From positions 36,828,001 to 36,892,000 of the forward strand of contig OZ296656.1 of the NCBI GenBank assembly GCA_965655095.1: a DNA stretch of 64,000 nucleotides, read 5' to 3'. A program made the position numbers and the translations under genes. This DNA is from Haplodiscus bocki. Taxonomy: Eukaryota. Below are positions 10,511-20,397 of this stretch, piece by piece; position 1 is the first letter of the stretch; every line of letters begins with the position of its first letter. The notes below the pieces were generated by a model. The model saw nothing but the letters and a program-made list of their open reading frames with translations. It ran no database searches and was not told where the DNA came from.

Positions 10511-10625
10511 ATGCAAATTTGCGTGTCGACCTCCCTGCCTCCCGTACGCCTAGGCTCCCTTCCGCTCGCGCTCCCGAACGCCTACGGCTTCCTACCGCTG
10601 TCGGTCTCTTGAAGTCGCAATCGAC
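10511..10625. promoter_or_regulatory. GC-rich divergent intergenic element with an octamer and a ~30-bp direct repeat
   Basis: ATGCAAAT at 10511. CTCCCG(T/A)ACGCCTA(C)GGCT.CCT.CCGCT occurs twice (~10540 and ~10571). Lies between divergently oriented genes. Confidence 0.45.
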
Positions 10626-10826
10626 TGAAATCGTAGGAATATGCCATCAATGGAAAAAATCCCATAAAAGGAAATCATGCTTTAACAGATTGACTACAAA
10701 TACCAGTTTGTTTATCTCCAAAAATCATTATTTCACTCTTTTCCCTAGACTAAAGTTGTTCATCTTCTTCTCACTTCTCCAAACAATGAAATTGACTGTA
10801 AAAGGAATTACAACACCACAGCAACC

Positions 10827-11381
10827 TTGGACAAACTGGACTGCACCAACTATGTGGACTTTGGTAAATGCCAAGACAGATTTGGACGAACTTCTTGGTC
10901 CAAAAATTCTTTCGACTACTTGGACGTGAAACTCAAAGTCTTCAAGAAGGATGAAAACAAACACTTTCGATTGGCACGAAACTTGACAATCGGAGAGGCA
11001 GATTTGAGTCAGGTTATTCGACTGAGGAATCAGCTAGTTGTTGCAGTCAGAGACTTTAGCAAAGAGGAAAAACTGCCCCCTGTGCAAATGAAATTACTAG
11101 CAAAAGACATGGAGGAGCAGCTCAAATTTTCACACAAAGTTATAGAAGTTTTTGATCGATCACACAGAAAGATTTGCGTGACTATGCTGCGCTCCAATGT
11201 GGAGAAGACAGAGACTTCAAATGTTGAAGTTCGATTATTTGGAAGAGGAAAGGGCGAAGAGAAATTCAATCAAGTTGTTTATGTGAACTATAAACTTGAT
11301 GAAGTTGTTATTTTACTTGCTGTAATGAATTCTGTCTATAATAAACTAATTGCTAACGAACCTCTTTTTAATGTTTTGTAA
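10827..11381 (+). CDS. Tandem PC4/PUR-like putative ssDNA-binding protein (paralog 2); true start probably slightly upstream
   Basis: Two repeats of a pattern resembling PC4 YVDIR....GISL.xE: YLDVKLKVFKKDENKHFRLARNLTIGEADL and VEVRLFGRGKGEEKFNQVVYVNYKLDEV. Confidence 0.55.
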   Translation: MDKLDCTNYVDFGKCQDRFGRTSWSKNSFDYLDVKLKVFKKDENKHFRLARNLTIGEADLSQVIRLRNQLVVAVRDFSKEEKLPPVQMKLLAKDMEEQLKFSHKVIEVFDRSHRKICVTMLRSNVEKTETSNVEVRLFGRGKGEEKFNQVVYVNYKLDEVVILLAVMNSVYNKLIANEPLFNVL

Positions 11382-11436
11382 CAAGTAATTGCAACTATTT
11401 ACTCAATACTATCATTTTTTTTCTATTGGAGTCTGA

Positions 11437-11793
11437 ATGAGTTGGAACATTGGAGAAAACAGAAACCTATTTCTTAAATTGAAAACAAAATTGGGACTCT
11501 ATCAAGTTGTACTAACAACACCCAAAATTTCTCCCAAAAAATTTACCCTAACCTTAATTGAAATGCGACAGTTGCCTGAAAGTGAAAAAGTGGATTCCGA
11601 GAATGAAATTTCTTGCCTGAAATGGACAATATGCAATGGTAGGAGAAGAGTATGCATAAGTTTCAAGACTGATATGGACAAGTTGAATATTGCAGTTTAC
11701 CGTTACCGAAACAATAAACACGTCAAAGACACCGAAATGGAGCTGAAATTGACTGAAAACGAGAAACTGTTATCTAAAGGGTATATCTATTGA
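11437..11793 (+). CDS. PC4-like protein (paralog 3), possibly 3'-truncated
   Basis: GRRRVCISFKTDMDKLNIAVYRYRNNKHVKDTEMELKLTENEKL pattern. Confidence 0.45.
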   Translation: MSWNIGENRNLFLKLKTKLGLYQVVLTTPKISPKKFTLTLIEMRQLPESEKVDSENEISCLKWTICNGRRRVCISFKTDMDKLNIAVYRYRNNKHVKDTEMELKLTENEKLLSKGYIY

Positions 11794-11889
11794 GTTACAT
11801 TGACGTATTTTTTAAGCGGTGCATTGTATTGGATGAAAAAACTGTTCATAATTAAAATAAATTTCATCAAGAGTGGATGTTTATTCCTC

Positions 11890-12275
11890 ATGAGCATTTT
11901 CCGATTTTACCCGGGATTAAAAATATCATTCGAACACAATAGTGGTCGCAAAAACATCTTTCTACGTTCTTGTTTCTTTGGGATTCAGGACTTTCTTTAG
12001 GTGAGATGGACCAAAATTTTAATCTTGGTAGAAAAACTGGTTACAGAGACTCGTACTTGGACTCTGTATTTCGCTACTCCAAAGTATTCAGGCTACATGC
12101 AATATTACACGATGCTGCTGGAGCAGTTCGATTACAAACCGGTAACGGACCTGACTACTTCTACAAGATTGTTCGAGGTCCAAACTGTTGTTTGCTTGGT
12201 CACGTGACTAGACCATTATTTTGTCTTTACGTAAAAATCCTTCTACCCTCCAGTTTCAGTTTGACCAACTTTTGT
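11890..12275 (+). pseudogene. Parvovirus-type phospholipase A2-like protein
   Basis: LHAILHDAAGAVRLQTGNGPDYFY aligns with the parvoviral A..HDxxYxxxxxxGxNPY pattern. The 5' part is frameshifted. Confidence 0.45.
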
Positions 12276-12281
12276 ACCAGT

Positions 12282-12751
12282 ATGTCCTTGCTTGTATTAG
12301 ATATGGAGCTGATTGAAAAAAACGTAATTATAGAACTGGGACTTTTTTTGATGATTCTGTACAAGGGTTTTAATTTTGTCCTCCAAAGACTTTTAAACCT
12401 AATAAACAGACAACATGGAACACAAGTCATCTACGTGGATACGCGTGGAGTAGTGGGAAGCTGGAGTACGAGAAGCTGTTTGTTGTCTTTTACGACATAA
12501 AAGTAATGAATGCAGAAGTGTTTGCTAAACGGTTCGAAAAGTGTAGACTGTTAACCAGAATTCTCGGACAAAATGTAGAAAATTTGGATGACTATGGTTG
12601 CTCAAAAATTAAAGTTCTTGCTGGAGAAGGAAAAACGAACAGTTCAAGGATCTGCTCTAGTTACCCTTTCCAACACAAAACAAGGCTTCACTGTGCCGAG
12701 AGGAAAGCAAAAGTGTATGGAGACTGGGCTATGCAACATTTAAAGTTGTAA
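12282..12751 (+). pseudogene. DnaQ/DEDD-fold nuclease-like protein with a Maelstrom-like E-C-H-C zinc site
   Basis: LVLDMEL...IIELG / ...LRGYAWSSG...FAK.FEK...NLDDYGC...ICSSYPFQHKTRLHCA. One frameshift in the T run at ~12343-12349. Confidence 0.55.
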
Positions 12752-13117
12752 ATTTTGTACGAGCGTATTGTGTTTGTGTTTACTACTAATTTAATTCTTT
12801 CAAATCGACATTATTTTTTCTATAGCATTCATTTTCAGAATTTTGAGCGTTCAAAACTAGACGCCTGATCACAGTGATAGTATCAACTTAGATAAAATTG
12901 TCTTTGACGATCAAAACGTTGAAAGGAGATCGTGGTCTTGTTTGGGACAAACCTGTTCTAGATCTTTTTTTGTGTTTCTGTCCCAATTTTTTGTAATACT
13001 CTCGATTATTTGCGAATACTTTTGGCGTATACATTTGGCCAAGACTTGTGACGAATCTACAGTTTGAGTAGCAATCTTGTGCAGTGCAGCAGGATACATT
13101 TTACCTTCAACAAGGTT

Positions 13118-13933
13118 ATGAACAAGTTAATTTCTACAAAAAACCGCATTTTTATATCTCTGGTTGAACCAAGCGATTCTGGCAAAACGTACTTGATTCA
13201 TGAGTGGTTGAAAGTTGAAACATCTCAACCCAAATTTGACAAAACTTATTTTTTCTATCAACACACTCAACCACTCTATGATGTCATGCAAAGAGAAATT
13301 GATATTCTTGAGTTTGTTCAAGGTGTACACTTTGAATTTATCAACTCTTTGAAAAATAAGGGAACCAAGTATCTGCTGATTTTTGATGACTCATGTGCAG
13401 AAATTTGCAACTCTAGGGAGTTTGGGGACATTGCTACCGCTGGCAGACATCGGGGATTTTGTACTATATACATTAAACACAACTTATTCCACCAAAGTAA
13501 ACTACGAAGGGACGCTGAGCTGCAAAACACACACATTGTTCTCTTCAAGTCACCTCGGGATGTGCATCATGTTGCTTTATTAAGTGTACAGTTTGGACTT
13601 GGATCGGTTCCCGTTGACTGAAATCGGGATGCAACGTCTGTGCCGTTTGGTCATTTGTTGATTGATTTGTCTCCGCGAACAGACGATCGCTTACGCTACT
13701 GCACAACTATCGGAAATATTCTATCAAAAGTTTATGTACCCGGCAACTTGAAGCATTTGAAATAATTAGACGATGAACACAATAAATCTCTCTACTCTCC
13801 AAACATTCCAGCACTTTCCCTTCGCATGGAAAATTCAGTTTCTAAAAATATGTCCAAAAGAGTTGATATGATTTCTCAGCGAGTGCTTCGTCAACGTGCT
13901 GAAAGGAAACTTGTCAGAAGTAAAAAGAAGTAA
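13118..13933 (+). pseudogene. A32/FtsK-like DNA packaging ATPase
   Basis: Walker A (G>E)PSDSGKT, Walker B LLIFDDS, AGRH and HNLF, followed after stops by PFGHLLIDLSPRT.D.LRY. Confidence 0.9.
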
Positions 13934-14073
13934 CGTCCCAAAGAAGAGAGACAAAATTCACGAACTATCTTTAAAAAACAATTTGGAGGCAACGAAGAAG
14001 TCTCCTCTCGTAGCAAAAAGGATTATTGCTTTTTAAAACATTTTTCCCCTTCGTCATTAATCATTTGTCTTGA
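13773..14073 (+). pseudogene. Conserved small basic Polinton virion protein (cupiennin-like/PW type), overlapping the ATPase end
   Basis: CPKELI*FLSECFVNVLKGNL...RRSLLS*QKGLLL..F.PFVINHLS*, the typical EC..N.L.GN...QxG-hydrophobic tail. Confidence 0.6.
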
Positions 14074-14074
14074 G

Positions 14075-14427
14075 ATGGAACAGTTTGTTCTAGTACCTCT
14101 TTCTGTCTACAACAGCAGCAACAACTCAACAATTGTCACAAAACAAGAACTACCCAAATACAAACCTGAGCAAACTCCCACGTACCACAAAGATACGTTA
14201 AAAAGGGAAATTAACCAACAGCTTAGCACAAGTGCTTCCCCTCTAGTTAACAAAAAGTTAGAGTCTCCTCGCATCAAGCTACCAATTTCCAACACTTTGA
14301 TTCTGGATGGAATAGAGACTGGTGTGCTGTTGAGGGACTTTGCACAGTCAGCATCACTCCCGACATTGTTGTCAACAGTCATTCCAAAGGTAAAGAAAGA
14401 GGAGCTTGCATCCCTTTCAAAATCTGA
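14075..14427 (+). pseudogene. Conserved Polinton hypothetical protein upstream of the integrase
   Basis: MEQFVLVP start, ending GACIPFKI* in a shifted frame. The ORF track fuses it to the integrase N-terminus. Confidence 0.5.
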
Positions 14428-15308
14428 ACGACAAAAGTTGCAGAGACTTTACAAGCAAAGATTTGCAGCATATGCTTCTGTGCGCAATTTGGCAAAAGCA
14501 GCAAAACTCCCTCCGTCAAAGATCAGAGAGTTTTTACATTCAAAGACTTCATATACTAGGTTCACACTAGCAAAACGTGTGAAGTAACAGAAGAATGAGA
14601 GCCTTTGCGATGAAATTTTTTGTATGGATCTAGCATATGTTGTTAAATTGTCAAAAGACAATAATGGTGTAAAATTTTTACCAGTTTGCCAAGACTTATT
14701 TGATAGAACCGTAGATGCAAAAGGAATGAAGACAAAAGACTCGAAGGAAACAGTCAAGACATTTTAAAAAATCATTACCAAAAGGAAAACACCAGAAAAA
14801 ATCCAGTAGATCAGGGGGCAGAACTTGCTGGAGAACTCATAAAATTTTGCAGCGCTGAAGGAATAGAAATTTACTCTACAATGAGTAAGACGAAAAAAGC
14901 ATTTGCAGAACGTACAATACGCTCACTCAAAAACATTTCGTATCGCTACATTGAAGATTATGGGTACAATTATTGAACATTACCTGAATTTATAGCAACA
15001 ATGATTTGTAAAAGCAATCGTAGCATAGACATGAAACCCAACGAAGTCAAGAACTCTGACTTTATGTCAATACTTTACAGTAAACACTCAGAGAATACAA
15101 AAAGCCCAAATTTGGAATTGGAGATAGAGTTCGCATTTCCAAGTATTATTTACTTTTCAGGAAAGGTTATAAACCACAATATACACAAGAAAAATTTGAA
15201 AATGTTCCCATTGCTATCAAAAAACCTCGAACATACACATTCAAAGACGAACACGAAGACGTTATACTTGGGAAATTCTACGAGAAGAACTAATTAGAGT
15301 CATTTGAG
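14412..15308 (+). pseudogene. Polinton rve integrase
   Basis: LQRLY....AAY.SV..L, CMDLAYV, CQDLFDR, VDQGAE, AFAERTIRSLK, GDRVRISK and GKFYEK. Multiple lesions. Confidence 0.9.
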
Positions 15309-15310
15309 TA

Positions 15311-16116
15311 AGGATTCATTTACAATCGAGTTGGTTTCCAACGCACCTTAGCAGCTCTTTCCAAGCAACACGCTCAGTTCATTTACAAATTTCTTGTCGG
15401 AGCAAGTGAATTTGGACGGACAATGGGTGGTAGCAATCTTTGAGATTTCTTACCCATCAATGCACCAAAACTTTACAGAGGTGAAATTTCTGTTTTACGA
15501 TGAGAAACTCTCCAAAACAACAGAGGCTTACTATATTGAACCCGCACTGTATTTCTCCGTAACTGACATTGTGGAAGCTATGAAAATTCTCATAAAAGAA
15601 AGAAACAACCACAGAGACAATTGCATCACAATCAAAGTTAGCAGGGTAACGGTAATCAAAGTAAAGGTGTATCTGGCGAATGAAGAACCGAGTCTGGCAA
15701 TTTTTAGTACTGACTTGGGATATATATTTGAAGGAGATGTGAGAAATGATTTGGGAATACTCATGAGTGGGGAAGGTCCGCAAGAAACAAAATTTCCTTG
15801 CGATATTGTTCGCATCCATTCACTCATGATTTCCACTGACCTTGTAGAGTAGAATATTTTTGGAGAAACAAAAGCGCCTTTGCACCGTTGCTTTCTATTC
15901 ATATCCAAGCTCAAAAATGGTGACATAATAACTGCTGGACAATACATGAACTATCAGACTTTTAGCAATCTTCAGTTTAGAAGATTGTTGGAAAACTCTT
16001 TTCACAGCATAGACATTGATTTGCCACTCACGTCTGGTGAGAAGAGTTCCTGTGTCTCGATGGGAATAACTCGACTTGTTCTCATGTTTAGAAAAGTTTC
16101 CGACATTCAATTGTAA
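15311..16116 (+). pseudogene. Minor capsid protein (penton/PY)
   Basis: xDSFTIELVSNA...FTNFLSEQVNLDGQWVVAIFEISYP...STDLVE*NIFGETKAPL..; paralogous to 546-1349. Confidence 0.85.
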
Positions 16117-16133
16117 TAAAATTAGTGTGACAA

Positions 16134-16486
16134 ATGTTTGCATCAAGCAATCGTGAACTTCCCTTTTACAAAGGTATTGAACATGAAAGAGGGCGTGGTT
16201 TCGGAGCACTTGCGAAAGTTATTGGGAGAATTGCTTTCCTTCCTTGAAAAAAGATATCGTCACAGCTGCAAAACGCGTGGGTGCTGATTTGTTGGAATTT
16301 GCAGTGCCAGAGGTAGCTGAAGCTGTTGGCGGAAAGAAAAATTTCAAAACTGCTACCAAAAGCGTAGGAAGACAACATGAGAAAACAACTTGGAGGTGGC
16401 AAGCAAAACAAAAGCCTTCCAGTCAGCAAATTGAAGCAAAGCAAACAGTCACGCAGAGACGTTTTTACAAATATTGCAAATTAATA
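16134..16486 (+). pseudogene. Protein X-like core/membrane-active protein preceding the MCP
   Basis: MFASSNRELPFYKG..ERGRGFGALAKVIGR (xGxG adenain-type cleavage motif followed by an amphipathic helix)...KRVGADLL..GGKKNFK. Frameshifted. Confidence 0.65.
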
Positions 16487-17848
16487 ATGACAGGTCTAAG
16501 TAATTTTTGGTACCAACCTTTTTTTGCAGTTTCTGGGAATCTTAGTGTGAAAGTCCCAGTTTTGGACAATGTCTTGTCTTCTCACGAACAAGAAATTTGT
16601 CCCACTACATCTCTTGATGAAAACAGCATTGAGTTTGAATTTCAAACAGACCGCAACGTTTACGTGGATTTGCGACAAACATATATTGCTCTAAAATTTA
16701 AACTAGTTAAAGGACAAGGTTTTGATACTTACAGAACAACAGAAAAAAAGGAGCACAAAGAAGACACTGTTCTTACTGAAACAGGTAACGATAACGTTGA
16801 ATTTATAGAAGAAGACGAGGGAGAGCCTCATATAACTCAAGTGAACAATATTCCGCATTCTATTTTTTCTAATGCAGAAAAGTACATCAACCACCACCAA
16901 ATCTACAATTCGAACGGACTTTATGCTCACAAAGCTCACATTTCTAACAATTTCAAAAACACATTGTCAAATTACAAGGGAGTCTTGCATTGTGAAGTGC
17001 ATGACTATGAAGAATATCCAGAGAATCTCCTCGAAGGTCCGTTTTTCACTAGGAGAATGAAATTGTACGGTAGAACTGACGGTTTCATGTTGTAGGGTAA
17101 GCTGGGCATCAACTTGCTGACAACTTCGGAATTACTTATCCAAGTATGGAACTAAGAATCATATTTATTCGAGCGCGACAAAATTTCTACATGATAAGCG
17201 AGAATCCCAATATTAGCTTGGGTATTGTGGACTGTTCTCTGTACACTCGGCGCGTGATGCTCGAAGAGGACTATCACAAAAAGAGAATGTCTACAACTAG
17301 CTTATGCTACAGTTGAGTACAACTACATGGAAACGTTGGCAACAAGTTTTATCATTCTTGCACGACAGAACCATTTAATTCAAGAAAATATATTCAACGA
17401 CGCAACTATACGTCGAATAGCCATTGCAATGGATTCAAACTCTGCTTTTACTGGCTCCTTTGCAGAAAACCCATTCTGGTATCAACAGTTTAATTTGAAA
17501 GATATTAGAATACTCAGAGGAGGACAGCCAATTGTACACCACGATGCGACAGATAATTGTCGTTTGTATGTCACAACAATGAAAGCAATTAACATTCAAA
17601 ATGATATTCTATCAAAACTAGTTGATAATTTCAAAGACCATTACGTACTAGTGTTTGATCTGTTTTCATTGCAAGATGCTACTGAACACTGTTACTATCC
17701 GGAACTAAGTGGAGAACCACAGAGATTGGAGCTATACTTTAGTTCACCTCTAGAAAATGTTACAGAGATCATTGTATTGGGTGAACGTATGTCTTGTGTT
17801 GCAGTCGACAAGTTTAGTGTTGTGGGAAAGAATCTTTGGGATGGATAA
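16487..17848 (+). pseudogene. Major capsid protein (double jelly-roll, hexon-like)
   Basis: PTTSLDENSIEFEFQTDRNVYVDL..TY, NNIPHSIFSN, RRIAIAM..NSAFTGSFAENPFWYQQF, VFDL and LELYFSSPL. Stop at 17093 plus frameshifts. Confidence 0.9.
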
Positions 17849-18230
17849 CACTTCCCTTTACCAAATTGTTATCCGTATAACTTTGCTCAAGTATCAGTAC
17901 ATGGGATCGTTTCCCTCAGACTTTGTTCCAAACCTTCCGAATGACACGTTTGCAATTATCAACACACAGCCTAGCAACACGCCAGGAGAGCATTGGATAA
18001 TGATTGCATAGTTTCATCATGAATCGTATTTCGTCGATTCTCTCGGTCTATCCATCAACAACTACTCTTTTGTGAAGCAAAGTTACAGCCAAATGCTTCG
18101 GACAAAACTACAAGATCGTCCCAGTGTCTGTGGTTTCTACACAATTTATGCAGCATTTCATTCGTTCAAGTTTCAACAAGAGGAGATAACTAGTGTTCAT
18201 GATGTTAATGTACTCTCTTTTATAAGTTTT
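17841..18230 (+). pseudogene. Adenain-like (clan CE) cysteine protease
   Basis: IINTQPSNTPGEHW (His), FVDSLG (Asp) and LQD..SVCGFY (Gln/Cys). Internal stop at ~18009. The 3' end runs into the right TIR. Confidence 0.9.
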
Positions 18231-18330
18231 CGGCTCTGGGCTTCTCTCGGCTCGATATAGCCTATCTTAATACATGAGGGTCCTCCCCCCCCCCCCCCCC
18301 TCCACCACCTCAGCTCACACACTTACTACT
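18231..18330 (-). repeat. Right terminal inverted repeat of the Polinton, with a 16-C homopolymer
   Basis: Reverse complement reads AGTAGTAAGTGTGTGAGCTGA..G16..GACCCTCATGTATTAAGATAGGCTATATCGAGCCGA. Confidence 0.9.
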
Positions 18331-19320
18331 TGTGTACGTTTTCAATTAAGTAACATTAGGTGTTACACTCCAACATTTTATTTCACTATTTTTCTGATTT
18401 TGATGTTTCTCAATCAAGAATTTGCTCATAGATTGCTAAAAATGCCTATTTATCCTAATAAGAAATATCTGCTACCTATAAAACCTTTCAGGGGGCACAT
18501 TGAAAAGTTCTTAAAATGAATAAATTATCGCGATGACACACTTTTGAGTGCGCATATTTTTTCAACATGTACATGGAAACTTTTACATACTGGATAGAAA
18601 GTGCTGTAAAAATCAAAATATGTCTGCTGCATTCAGATTTTGTATGTTGCTTGGAAAATTTTGTAAGAAGTTCCCGGCAGCTATCAAGTTTTCTGGTCTT
18701 CGAGAGTTCACATGCATCATGCAAAAACTTGAAAAAAGTGTCAGCCAACTTACAAAAACATGTAAAACTTCTATGCAAAAACTCGACTAGAGGACCTAAG
18801 TTTTCATGATAGACGTGATGCGTTTCTGGTTTTTACAGTTTTCATCTGGGAAAAACTTCCACAGACAGTTTTGAGTTTTTGAAAATAGGCAAAGCATGGA
18901 AGTGCAGACCCTTGGGCTTTCAATCACAATGATGAAAAATCAGTTTGCCAAAACGCCCTCAGAAGCCCCTCGAAGTCAATTCTGAAAATATTTCGAGAAG
19001 TTGAAACACCAAAAAGCGTTGATGTGTCCAAATCTACAGTGTATCGGACATTGAGAAAAGCCGAAAAAGGTCACTTTTCAGCTTCAGCGATCGCTTACGG
19101 ATTGGATACTTAGACTAATTCAGAGCTGCATCGATGCATGTGGAGATGTTTTTGAATGACTTTCTCCAACATAAAAAACGATTCTTCAAGTTAGGCATCC
19201 ATAATTTTTTGTTGTTTTGCGTTTACTCTTTGAAGAAATTTTAGGGATTTTACGTGTCTCATTTTTTAAGCCACGAAATAGTTCCTCTATTATGAACTTC
19301 TCAAGGAATGTGCAACAAAT

Positions 19321-19790
19321 ACAAGACGGATGACTACCACCGACATAATTTGCGCCTTCCCATTTTTGTAATGAACACTTTTAACGAGATGAAAGCGTCT
19401 TTTTTCTCGAATAGACGTCCTCGTTCTTCAAATTTCTCACTTTTTTAACTTGAAAAAGTTTCTATTTTACTGCCAGAAAACTTCATAAATGCGGCAGAAA
19501 AGACCATATAAAGTAAAATACCATTTGATTCGCATTCTACTGCCAATTTGCCACCTTCACAGATTTTGAAAAAAAAGCTCGTTTTTTTTTCGAACAACCC
19601 ATCTATTTGTTCAGAAAGACACATCTTCTGAACGTTTTCAGAAGTCTTATGATTTCAGTCCCATTCTACATCATATTCGCTACAATTTGGCGAACAGAAC
19701 ATTACGTGCAGAAACGTGAACGAATTTCGTCAAAACATTTGGGAAGCATCGTTTCAAAAAACACGTTCTCGTTGAGTGAGACTTTGTCCC
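19321..19790 (+). mobile_element. Non-autonomous interspersed repeat, copy 1 (AACAAGACGG... terminus; possibly Helitron/Helentron-type)
   Basis: Shares ACAAGACGG...CCACCG.CATA.TT.CGCC.TCC with 25784(+) and 31985(-). Internal CCATTTGAT.CGCATTCTACTGC.AATTTGCCACC is mirrored at ~31765-31800. Confidence 0.6.
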
Positions 19791-19793
19791 CAT

Positions 19794-20397
19794 TGTCGTG
19801 CCGGTTACTAAGTGGCCTAGCGGACGTGTTGTCAAGTGTCGAACCGGACGCTTCCCTGTTTCCAGTGGATTCCAAGTCATTCTGATTTGCCAATAGACCA
19901 CATAATTCCTCTTCTTGCCTGAGGATTGGATCGGTTGCCTGTTTGACCCGTTCGTCAACCGATCTAAGCGTTAATTCACTGGTGGGAATGTCGTTCTCTC
20001 GGGTGTCCATTTTGAACGTTTGCCTCGGTCCTAAATCAATTGTGCCCGAGTAACTATCAATTGTTTGGGTACCGGCTTCGGTTTTATTGCTCAATAACTA
20101 AGGGAAACTACTGTTGAAGATAATATAGTGAATTTTCAGCTGAAAGTTGTGTTTGTTTAAGATCAGTAAAAACTTCGGAGCAAGCAACATTACAAACGTA
20201 CAACGACGAATGTAAGAGTGTAGATAAGGCTGGGGCTGAAGTGGAGAAACAATATCTTCACGAAACTGGAACAGAGTTACACTAGATGTGTCGTTAGTTG
20301 TGCTGTCTCAAAGTTGTAGAAAGTTGGGTGGCACTGAGGTGATGTGGCTTGATTACTAACTCAATTAGGTCACGTTACTGTTTGGGCGTTCCTCACT
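19794..20397 (-). mobile_element. Solo-LTR-like element containing a gag-like N-terminal ORF
   Basis: ORF ..ELTLRSVDERVKQATDPILRQEEELC..SNRHD reaches a ..CGACA end. GGTCACGTTAC motif near the other end. No TSD resolved. Confidence 0.45.

Larger units (their letters stand above)
1411..18330. mobile_element. Polinton/Maverick (adintovirus-like endogenous virus), ~16.9 kb, pseudogenised
   Basis: TIRs AGTAGCAAGAGTGTGAGCTGA (1411) and TCAGCTCACACACTTACTACT (ending 18330). Contains pPolB, ATPase, integrase, penton, MCP and adenain. Confidence 0.95.

Noticed and set aside
7837-11381. Host domestication of the intact accessory ORFs
   Set aside because: Uninterrupted stretches of 500-900 bp also survive in the dead MCP and pPolB genes, so intactness of short ORFs is expected by chance.
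14075-14587. 170-aa ORF as a single protein
   Set aside because: It is an artefactual fusion of a hypothetical gene with the integrase N-terminus through a deletion or frameshift.
16244-17095. 283-aa ORF as a novel protein X-MCP fusion
   Set aside because: It is produced by frameshifts in the decayed protein X gene. The MCP most likely starts at ATG 16487.
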